From the NCBI GenBank assembly GCA_963787335.1, contig CAWBCU010000029.1, positions 24,091-64,090 of the forward strand: a stretch of DNA of 40,000 nt, read 5' to 3'. The position numbers were made by a program, and so were the translations under genes. Every line of letters starts with the position of its first letter. The first letter of the stretch is position 1. Below, piece by piece: positions 33,157 through 40,000 of the stretch. Source of the DNA: an uncultured Solirubrobacterales bacterium (GTDB lineage Bacteria > Actinomycetota > Thermoleophilia > Solirubrobacterales > Solirubrobacteraceae). Below the pieces are notes generated by a model. That model was given only the letters and a program-made list of their open reading frames with translations. It searched no databases and had not been told where the DNA came from.

Positions 33157-33531
33157 ATGGCCACAGAGGAAAAGCCCAAGCCCTACTCCGACGAGGAGGT
33201 CGAGGCGAAGATCGTCGAGGACGGCCTCGACGGCTGGTATCTCGACGGGGGCTGGCTGCGACGGAAGTACAGCACCGACGGATGGCCGACCACGCTGATG
33301 CTGGTCAACACCGTCGGCTACATCTGCGAGGCGGCGTACCACCACGCCGATCTGGCGGTCACGTGGGGCAAGATCTGGGTGAAGCTGTCCACGCACTCGA
33401 GTGGCGGCATCACCGACAAGGACTTCGCCGTCGCCCGTCAGATCGAGGACACGGTGCTGTGGCGCCCCGGTGACGACAGCGCGCTGGAAGGCACGCCGAA
33501 CAAGTTCGTCTTCGCCAAGGACACGCGCTAA
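33157..33531 (+). CDS. Pterin-4a-carbinolamine dehydratase (PCD/DCoH family)
   Basis: ...LDGWYLDGGWLRRKYSTDGWPTTLMLVNTVGYICEAAYHHADLAVTWGKIWVKLSTHSSGGITDKDFAVARQIE is the PCD pattern (W....L.R.f.f..f..a......a.ae...HHp.....y..v.v.l.TH...G.t..D...A..i). SD AAGGAGG is upstream. Confidence 0.85.
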   Translation: MATEEKPKPYSDEEVEAKIVEDGLDGWYLDGGWLRRKYSTDGWPTTLMLVNTVGYICEAAYHHADLAVTWGKIWVKLSTHSSGGITDKDFAVARQIEDTVLWRPGDDSALEGTPNKFVFAKDTR

Positions 33532-33539
33532 CCCAAGGC

Positions 33540-34925
33540 GTGTCAGAGCGCCTGCTGTTCGTCACCGGCAAGCTCGCCGCGCCCGCGCTGCGGGACACGC
33601 TGGGCAGCGCCGATCTCCCGTTCGACTACGACATCGCCGTGATGAAGATCACGGTGGCCGCGCTGATGACCACGGACTGGATCGCGAAGCGCCTCGACGT
33701 GCCGGAGGCGGTCACGCGGATCATGGTCCCGGGGATGTGCGAGGGCGAGGTCGACGTCATCAGCGAGCGCTTCGGCGTCCCCGCCGACAAGGGCCCCTCG
33801 GACCTCAAGGCGATCCCGAGCTGGTTCGGGCAGGCCGACGCGCGCGCGGGCTACGGGGAGCGCGACATCCGCGTGTTCGCCGAGATCAACCACGTCCCGC
33901 GGCTGAGTCGCGACCAGATCTTCGCGGTGGCCGAGCACTACCGCGAGTCGGGCGCGGACGTGATCGACCTCGGGCTCTCGCTCGGCCGCAACTGGCTCGG
34001 CGAGGGGCCGGCCGTGATCGCCGAGCTGCGGGAGGCCGGCTTCGTCCTGAGCATCGACACGCTCGACCCCGACGAGATCCTGATGGCCGACGAGGCCGGC
34101 GTGGAGTTCGTGCTCAGCCTCAACAGCACCAACCGGCATCTCGCCGAGCGCCTGTCCGCGACGCCGGTGCTGATCCCCGACACGCCCGACGACCTCGACA
34201 GCCTCGACGCGACCATCGCCCACCTCGACGGGCTCGGCAAGCCCTACCTCGTCGACCCGATCATCGAGCCGATCGGCATGGGGTTCGCGGCCAGCCTCGG
34301 CCGCTACCTCGAGGTCCGCCGGCGCCACCCGGACGCGGAGATGTTCATGGGGATCGGCAACCTCACCGAGCTGACCGAGGCCGACACCACCGGCGTGAAC
34401 GCGGTGCTGATCGGGTTCTGCCAGGAGCTCGGGATCCGCAACGTCCTCACCACCGAGGTCATCGAGTGGGCGCGCGGCGCCGTGCACGAGACCGTCCTCG
34501 CGGCGCAGCTCATGCACTTCGCACACGCGCGCGGCGCGCCGCCGAAGCACGTCGACAACCGGCTGGTGACCGTCAAGGACGACGAGTTCCGCCCGTACGA
34601 CGAGGCCGAGCTGCGGGAGCAGTACGAGCAGGTCACGGACCCGAACTACCGGATCTTCGCGGACGCCGACTGGATCTACGTCTTCAACGCCGACCGCTTC
34701 GTCAAGGGCACCGACTTCAACGAGATCTTCGACCAGCTCGGGGTGGACGAGGCGACGCACGCCTTCTATCTGGGTAAGGAGCTGATGAAGGCCACGATCG
34801 CGCGGTCCCTGCACAAGAACTACCGCCAGGAGTCCCCGCTCGATTGGGGTTACATGACGTTCGCCGAGCCGCGCCGCGAGCGCGTGCGGCTCACCGGGCA
34901 GCGCACCCGACGGGAGGAAACGTGA
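33540..34925 (+). CDS. Dihydropteroate-synthase-like protein of H4MPT biosynthesis (N-terminal extra domain + pterin-binding TIM barrel)
   Basis: 461-aa ORF. ...ADVIDLG...LSIDT...VLSLNS...YLVDPIIEPIGMGF...MGIGNLTELTEADTTGVNAVL... are DHPS-like pterin-binding motifs, in archaeal-type H4MPT context. GTG start at 33540. Confidence 0.8.
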   Translation: MSERLLFVTGKLAAPALRDTLGSADLPFDYDIAVMKITVAALMTTDWIAKRLDVPEAVTRIMVPGMCEGEVDVISERFGVPADKGPSDLKAIPSWFGQADARAGYGERDIRVFAEINHVPRLSRDQIFAVAEHYRESGADVIDLGLSLGRNWLGEGPAVIAELREAGFVLSIDTLDPDEILMADEAGVEFVLSLNSTNRHLAERLSATPVLIPDTPDDLDSLDATIAHLDGLGKPYLVDPIIEPIGMGFAASLGRYLEVRRRHPDAEMFMGIGNLTELTEADTTGVNAVLIGFCQELGIRNVLTTEVIEWARGAVHETVLAAQLMHFAHARGAPPKHVDNRLVTVKDDEFRPYDEAELREQYEQVTDPNYRIFADADWIYVFNADRFVKGTDFNEIFDQLGVDEATHAFYLGKELMKATIARSLHKNYRQESPLDWGYMTFAEPRRERVRLTGQRTRREET

Positions 34926-35791
34926 AGAAGATCCTGATCCAGCTCGACACCGACGAGCATCCGAGCACGTTCGACGCGATCGTCGCCCACGACGCCGACG
35001 TCGACGTGCTGCTCCAGTACGGGGGCGTCGAGCCGGACGTGGTCAAGGGCCTCGTGCAGTCCGCGTTCTTCACCCGCGGCCCCAAGGACCTGGCCAACAT
35101 GGCGGTCTGGGTCGGCGGCTCGAGCGTCGGCGCCGGCGAGGAGGTGCTGGCCGCGGTCCAGGAGGCGTTCTTCGGCCCGTTCAAGGTGTCCGCGATGCTC
35201 GACTCCAACGGCTGCAACACGACCGCGGCGACGACGGTCGCGCGGCTCGCCGCCGAGATCGACCTGAAGGGCCGCACCGTCGTGATCGTGGGCGCGGGCG
35301 CCGTCGGCCTGCGCGCGGCCAAGCTGCTCGCCGACGAGGGCTGCGAGGTCACGGTGTCGGGGATCCCGGCCTCGCGCTTCGGCGACAAGCCGTACCGGCG
35401 CGCGCGCGGCCTCGACGTCGCGGAGAAGCGCGACATGAAGACGATCGAGCCCAAGGACGACGACGAGCTCGCCAAGAGCCTCGACGGCGCCTCGCTCGTC
35501 CTCGCCGCCGGTCCCGCGGGCGTCGAGCTGCTGCCCGAGTCGATCTGGAAGAAGCTCGACTCGATCGAGGTGCTCGCCGACTTCAACGCCGCCGAGCCGC
35601 TCGGGATCGAGGGCACCGACGCGCAGGACGAGCTGGAGGACTACGACGGCAAGCGCGTGCTCGGAGCGCTGGCCATCGGCGGGCCGAAGATGAAGGTCCA
35701 CAAGACGTGCGTGAAGCGGCTGTTCGAGACCAACGAGGCGATCCTCGACGTCGACGGCGTCTACGAGATCGCGAAGGAGCTGCTCGTCTGA
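34922..35791 (+). CDS. mtdB: NAD(P)-dependent methylene-tetrahydromethanopterin dehydrogenase
   Basis: VKKILIQLDTDEHPSTFDAIVAHDADVD...FFGPFKVSAMLDSNGCNTTAATTVA...VVIVGAGAVGLRAAKLLADEG...ADFNAAEPLGIEG...ALAIGGPKMKVHKTCVKRLFE is the MtdA/MtdB pattern. I cannot discriminate A from B by eye. GTGA overlap; SD GGGAGGAAAC. Confidence 0.85.
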   Translation: MKKILIQLDTDEHPSTFDAIVAHDADVDVLLQYGGVEPDVVKGLVQSAFFTRGPKDLANMAVWVGGSSVGAGEEVLAAVQEAFFGPFKVSAMLDSNGCNTTAATTVARLAAEIDLKGRTVVIVGAGAVGLRAAKLLADEGCEVTVSGIPASRFGDKPYRRARGLDVAEKRDMKTIEPKDDDELAKSLDGASLVLAAGPAGVELLPESIWKKLDSIEVLADFNAAEPLGIEGTDAQDELEDYDGKRVLGALAIGGPKMKVHKTCVKRLFETNEAILDVDGVYEIAKELLV

Positions 35792-36870
35792 CCGCGGGCC
35801 CGCGCGTCGCCGGCATCGATCCGGGCACCGTCTCCTTCGGGGTCTGCGCGCTCGACGGCGGGGTGCCGCTGCTCGAGCAGAGCTTCCCGTCGGCGGCGCT
35901 CGGTGCCGACCCGGCGCCGCTGGTCGACGCGCTGCGCGCCCACGCGCCCTTCGATCTCGTGCTCGGCCCCGCCGGCTACGGGCTGCCGCTCGTCCCCGCC
36001 GCGGAGGTCGGCGAGCGCGAGCTCGCGCTGATGGTGCTCAAGCGCGCCGACGAGCCCGAGGCGGGCGCCGGCATCACCGGGATGCGCTCGATCGTCCGGG
36101 CGCTGCTCGCGGCCGACATCCCGCTCGTCTTCGGGCCGGGCGCGATCCACCTCCCGACCATCCCGGACCATCGCAAGTGGAACCGCATCGACCTCGGGAC
36201 CGCCGACAAGGTCGCGAGCGCGGCGCTCGGGATCGTCGACCAGGCCGAGCGCCTCGGGATCCCGTACGAGGAGACGCGGTTCGTGCTGCTCGAGCTCGGC
36301 GGCGGCTTCAGCGCCGCGCTGGCGATCGACGGCGGGCAGATCGTCGACGGCTTCGGCGGCTCGGCCGGCCCGGTCGGCGCGCGCGCGTGCGGAGCGCTCG
36401 ACGCGGAGGTGGCCTACCTGATCGGCGGCGCGCTCTCGAAGCGAACCGTCTTCAGCGGGGGCGCGCTCAACCCGGACGGGGACCGCGACCTCGGCGCGCC
36501 CGGCGCGCTGGAGGAGCTGCGCGCCGATCCGCGCGCCCGCGACGGCTGGCTGGCGCTCGAGGAGGGCGCGGCCAAGGCCGTCCTCGGGCTGACCGCGTCG
36601 GTGCCGGCGCCGCGGGAGGTCCTCGTCGCCGGCCGCCTCGCCGCCGCGCCCGGGCTGCTCGACGCGCTCGCCGAGCGGCTGCGGAGCGTCGCGCCCGTGC
36701 GCGCCGCGCACGCGGTCAAGAGCGCCGCGCGCGGCGCGGCGTTCCTGGCCGACGGCCTCGCGGGCGGGAGCTACGCGCCGCTCGTCGACCGCCTGCGCCT
36801 GCGCGAGGCGCGCGGCGGCGTGCTCGACCACCTGCGCATGTTCGGCGCGGAGCGGATCGAGCTGGGTTAG
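35788..36870 (+). CDS. DUF1464-family ASKHA-fold protein; probable non-canonical CTG start
   Basis: ...RVAGIDPGTVSFGVCALDGG...LGTADKVASAALGIVDQAE...FVLLELGGGFSAALAIDGGQIVDG. There is no ATG/GTG/TTG in frame between the mtdB stop region and GIDPGT. CTG 35788 overlaps the TGA (CTGA) and lies 8 nt after AAGGAG. The alternative is GTG 35707, with an 85-nt overlap. Confidence 0.6.
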   Translation: MTAGPRVAGIDPGTVSFGVCALDGGVPLLEQSFPSAALGADPAPLVDALRAHAPFDLVLGPAGYGLPLVPAAEVGERELALMVLKRADEPEAGAGITGMRSIVRALLAADIPLVFGPGAIHLPTIPDHRKWNRIDLGTADKVASAALGIVDQAERLGIPYEETRFVLLELGGGFSAALAIDGGQIVDGFGGSAGPVGARACGALDAEVAYLIGGALSKRTVFSGGALNPDGDRDLGAPGALEELRADPRARDGWLALEEGAAKAVLGLTASVPAPREVLVAGRLAAAPGLLDALAERLRSVAPVRAAHAVKSAARGAAFLADGLAGGSYAPLVDRLRLREARGGVLDHLRMFGAERIELG

Positions 36871-37730
36871 GCCGCAGCTTCGCGCGCGTCCAGGAGCTTC
36901 GCGATCGCGAACCGGCGGTGGCACATGGGCACGATGGCCTCGCGGATCTCCTTGGGGACGACGTCACCCCAGGCCTCGGATGCCTCCTCGGCCGTGACCA
37001 GCACCTCGTCGATGAGCTCCGCGGAGGGCTTGGCGTCGATCAGGCAGCGCAGGCCGAACCCGATGTGCCAGCGCTCGTCCTTCTCGACGCGGTCCACGCC
37101 CTCGAGCACGCCCGGCAGCGCGTCGTCCTCGAGGTCCGCGAGCAGCGCGCGCTGCCCGGACAGGAGCACGATCCCCTCGAGGATCATGTGGTAGAGGCCG
37201 ATGCCCGCGTCGACGCGCGCGCGGCCCGCCGCGAGCTCGTCCGCCATCGCGGGCAGCCGCTCCTCGAACAGCTCGAGCACGCCGGGCGGGGTGTGCTCAC
37301 GGGCCGCGGCGAGACGCTCGTCCGGGGTGTCGCCGGGGAGCTTGAGCACCTCTTCCGCGATGCGGTCGAACATGACCGAGTGGCGCTGCTCGTCGCGGCG
37401 CTGCAGGTACAGCACCCACGCCACCAGCGAGTTGTTGGCCGCCTCGCCGAACGGCCTGATGTGCTCGGCCACGGCGTCCTCCGCGACGCGGAAGCCGGCG
37501 AGCAGCGTGGTGAGGCGAGCGCGGCGCTCGTCGGCGAGCTCGGGCCACGCGGCGGCGTCGGCGGAGAGGTCGATCGACCGCGCGTCCCATTGCAGGCGGG
37601 CCACGAGCCGCGAGAAGAAGTTGGGCCACTGGGCCGACGGGAGCAGGTTGCTGGGCCCGAGCTGCTCCTCCGTGAGACGGAACCCCGTCGCGGGATCGAA
37701 CGCGAGATCCCACGCCTGCCGATCAGCCAT
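36867..37730 (-). CDS. Ribonucleotide-reductase-R2-like ferritin-fold di-metal carboxylate protein (orphan, no large subunit nearby)
   Basis: 287-aa ORF with two E-x-x-H motifs (RRDEQRH, EKDERWH) and additional helix glutamates (VAEDAVAEH, MILEGIV). Confidence 0.7.
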   Translation of the reverse strand: MADRQAWDLAFDPATGFRLTEEQLGPSNLLPSAQWPNFFSRLVARLQWDARSIDLSADAAAWPELADERRARLTTLLAGFRVAEDAVAEHIRPFGEAANNSLVAWVLYLQRRDEQRHSVMFDRIAEEVLKLPGDTPDERLAAAREHTPPGVLELFEERLPAMADELAAGRARVDAGIGLYHMILEGIVLLSGQRALLADLEDDALPGVLEGVDRVEKDERWHIGFGLRCLIDAKPSAELIDEVLVTAEEASEAWGDVVPKEIREAIVPMCHRRFAIAKLLDAREAAA

Positions 37731-37771
37731 GGCGAAAACGATACCCAGCGTCGTCGTCGAACATCCCCCTT

Positions 37772-38307
37772 GTGCGCATCGCCATCGACATCGATTCGAC
37801 CCTGCACGATCACTGGCCGCTGGTGGCCGCCGCGGCCAAGCGCCGCTTCGGCGTCGATCTGCCCTACGAGCAGCAGTTCGAAGGGGGCGCCGTCCGGCTC
37901 AGCGACGAGCAGCTGCGCGTCTGCGTCGAGGACACGCACACCGACGCCGCGATCGCCGCCGCGCGGCCGTACCCGCACGCGGTCGAAACCGTCAACGGCT
38001 GGCACGACGCGGGGCACTCGATCCATATCCTCAGCCATCGCGCCGAGCGCTCGCTGGCCGCCACGCGGCGCTGGCTGGACGGCATCGGCCTGCGCTACGA
38101 CGGCCTCGGGGCGGCGAGGACAAGGTGGCGCGCTGCCGCGAGCTCGGCGTCGAGCTGCTCATCGACGACAGCCCGGACACCCTGCTGCGCGCGCTCGACG
38201 CCGGCCTCCGCGCGGCCACGCTCCGCCATCCCTGGAACGCGCACCTGTGCGACACGTCGGAGGTCACCTGCGCCGCCGACTGGCGGGAGCTCGCCCGCCT
38301 GGTCTAG
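37772..38307 (+). CDS. HAD-superfamily 5'(3')-nucleotidase-like phosphatase; frame interrupted at 38108-38111
   Basis: VRIAIDIDSTLHDHW (DxD-type HAD motif I) ...WLDGIGLRYDGL in frame 2, then GEDKVARCRELGVELLIDDSPDTLL...ADWRELARLV* in frame 1 (tail of ORF 37201..38307). The junction lies in the GGGG run. Span is 536 nt = 3n+2 (two extra bases or one missing). Confidence 0.65.
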
Positions 38308-38915
38308 GTCCCGGCGAGCACCGCGGGCACCACGCCCGCGACCGATGAGCTGATCAGGATCTCGTCGGCGCGCCGCAGGTCCTCGAGCGTCAGGTCGGCC
38401 TCTGCGGCGGGCGGCAGCGTCGTGCCGGGCAGGATGCGGCCGTCCTCCCGCGGTCGCAGGAGCGTGGCGCCGCGGCGGATCAGCACGTTCGCCCAGCCGG
38501 CCTCCAGCACCGTGCCGTCCTCGTCGAGCAGCAGGGGCGTCTGCGTGAGCGCGTCGACCAAGGTGCGGTCGCGCCACTTGTGCGCGCCGAGGCCGCCCGG
38601 GAGCGTGTAGGGGTGCAGGACGACCGGCAGCGCGTGCTCGCGGGGCGGCGTCATCACCAGCTCGGCGTCGGCGTCCGGTGCAACGTCTATTCGCAGGCGC
38701 GCGCGGCCGCGCCCCGTGCGGGCGAGCGCGCGCACGCGTGTCTCTAAGTCTGCGGGCAGCGCGCGGCCGTAGAGCTCGCTCAGGCTGCCCGCGAGCCGCG
38801 CGAGGTGCGCGTCGAGCCGCTGCGGCTCACCGTCGACCACGAGCAGGGTGCTGAAGACGCCGAGCGCGGGGTCCGGGCGGCGACCGTGGGCGAGCGCCGG
38901 GGGCGCGAGCGTCAT
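38304..38915 (-). CDS. Class IV aminotransferase-fold protein, aminodeoxychorismate-lyase-like (short)
   Basis: MTLAPPALAHGRRPDPALGVFSTLLVVDGEP...VLHPYTLPGGLGAHKWRDR...EAGWANVLIRRG...ILPGTT...LRRADEILISSSVAGVVPA is a PabC/IlvE-like pattern. ATGA overlap with the pabB stop. Confidence 0.6.
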   Translation of the reverse strand: MTLAPPALAHGRRPDPALGVFSTLLVVDGEPQRLDAHLARLAGSLSELYGRALPADLETRVRALARTGRGRARLRIDVAPDADAELVMTPPREHALPVVLHPYTLPGGLGAHKWRDRTLVDALTQTPLLLDEDGTVLEAGWANVLIRRGATLLRPREDGRILPGTTLPPAAEADLTLEDLRRADEILISSSVAGVVPAVLAGT

Positions 38916-40000
38916 CCCCGCCAGGCCACGGCGGACAGCGTGCGCTGCGCCGGCTCGCCCGGCAGCGGCAGGTAGCCCGAGGCGAGGATGGCCTCGATCG
39001 ACGGCGGCGGCGCGACCGCGCTCGCCACCGCCTCGAGCAGCGCGCGCGCCTTCAGCAGCGTCTCGTCGTGCTCCTCCTCGGGGACCGACTGCGCGACGAT
39101 CGCGCCGCCCGTCCCGATCGAACAGCCCGCGTCGTCGGCCACCAGCGTGCGGATGACGACGCTGAGGTCGATCGTGTCGTTGAGCCCCAGGAACCCGATC
39201 GCGCCCGAGTAGACGCCGCGCGGGCGGCCCTCGAGCCGGTCGATGATGTCCATCGTGCGCAGCTTCGGCGCGCCGGTCATCGATCCCGCCGGGAAGGCGG
39301 CGCGGATGCATTCGACGGGCGAGACGTCGGCGCGGCGGCGGCCGCGGATCGTGGAGACCAGCTGGTGGAGCGTCCGGTACGACTCGACGTGCATCAGCTT
39401 CGGCACCGAGACGCTGCCCAGCTCGCTCACGCTGCCGAGGTCGTTGCGCAGCAGATCCACGATCATCAGGTTCTCGGCGCGCGTCTTCTCGTCGGTCGCG
39501 AGCGCCTCGCGGATGCGGCGGTCCTCCGCCGCCGTGGCGCCCCGTGGGGCGGTGCCCTTGATCGGCTTCGCCTCGATCCAGCCGTCGCGGTCGATGCGCA
39601 GGAAGCGCTCGGGCGACGAGCTGAGGATGCTCATGTCGCCGAAGCGCAGGTAGGCGGCGCACGGCGCCGGGTTGCGCCTGCGCAGCTCGCGGTACAGCGG
39701 CAGCGGGTCGACCCGGGTGCCGCTGCGGAGCTCGTTGGTGAGGCAGATCTCGTAGCTCTCCCCGGCCGCGATCTCGCGCTGGCAGGTGGCGATGTCGTCG
39801 AGGTAGCGCTCGCGCTCGCGCGAGGGTGTGAACGCGGCGTCCGCGGCGACCCCGCCGCCCGGGGCGGGCAGCGGCGCGAGCCCGTTCAGCTCGCGCACCG
39901 TCTGCTCCAGCCACGGCCGCGCGTCGGCCTCGTCGTGCGCGAGGCAGACGGCATAGGTGTGGCCCTCGAGGTGGTCGAAGACGATCAGCCGGTCGGACAG
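38912..40000 (-). CDS. pabB: Aminodeoxychorismate synthase component I (chorismate-binding enzyme), 5' end outside the window
   Basis: ...SYEICLTNEL...SSSPERFLRIDRDGWIEAKPIKGTAPRG...ENLMIVDLLRNDLG...PAGSMTGAPKLRTMDIIDRLE...RGVYSGAIGF... is the TrpE/PabB pattern. The frame stays open to position 40000 (...LSDRLIVFDHLEGHTYAVCL). The pabB call rests on the adjacent lyase-like gene and the pABA requirement of MptG. Confidence 0.8.
   Translation of the reverse strand: MSDRLIVFDHLEGHTYAVCLAHDEADARPWLEQTVRELNGLAPLPAPGGGVAADAAFTPSRERERYLDDIATCQREIAAGESYEICLTNELRSGTRVDPLPLYRELRRRNPAPCAAYLRFGDMSILSSSPERFLRIDRDGWIEAKPIKGTAPRGATAAEDRRIREALATDEKTRAENLMIVDLLRNDLGSVSELGSVSVPKLMHVESYRTLHQLVSTIRGRRRADVSPVECIRAAFPAGSMTGAPKLRTMDIIDRLEGRPRGVYSGAIGFLGLNDTIDLSVVIRTLVADDAGCSIGTGGAIVAQSVPEEEHDETLLKARALLEAVASAVAPPPSIEAILASGYLPLPGEPAQRTLSAVAWRG

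Noticed and set aside
1-40000. Mobile elements, prophage, defence systems, toxin-antitoxin pairs, tRNA/rRNA/ncRNA genes
   Set aside because: I looked for transposase/integrase/recombinase motifs, terminal inverted repeats, cas genes, and tRNA-like or rRNA-like sequence in the few intergenic gaps. I found none. The window is essentially wall-to-wall metabolic and envelope CDS.

Overview
Very GC-rich (by eye about 70-75% G+C), gene-dense, actinobacterial-style DNA with many GTG starts, ATGA/GTGA start-stop overlaps and almost no intergenic space. I saw no rRNA, tRNA, CRISPR, transposase, integrase or prophage genes. There are three blocks. (i) 74-7780 is an orphan eight-gene, translationally coupled operon. 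It is built around a cysteine-less PTPS/QueD homologue, with an MDR dehydrogenase, a RibD_C reductase, a GT4 glycosyltransferase, two methyltransferases, a flippase-like membrane protein and a CDP-alcohol-phosphatidyltransferase::phosphatase-superfamily fusion. (ii) 7791-10176 holds three small envelope genes, including a 416-aa protein with an Flp-type pilin N-terminus and a [D/N]LP tripeptide-repeat tail. (iii) 10161-40000 is a one-carbon (methylotrophy) island. It carries pqqB, pepA, a GAF-LytTR regulator, pqqE-D-C-A, a lanthanide-type (DYD) XoxF-like PQQ dehydrogenase with no signal peptide and a small beta-sandwich partner. It also carries the full tetrahydromethanopterin (H4MPT) formaldehyde-oxidation set (fae, mtd, mch, fhcABCD), many H4MPT/methanofuran cofactor-biosynthesis genes (mptG, mfnB, MfnE/F-like, two ATP-grasp ligases, DHPS-like, CitG-like, HisA/F-like, DUF447, DUF1464) and pabB plus a pabC-like gene. 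Caveat: at least 10 (up to 13) conserved reading frames are broken by apparent single-base insertions in G/C homopolymers. The raw ORF track therefore contains chimeric run-on ORFs. I list the biologically sensible gene spans and flag each break.
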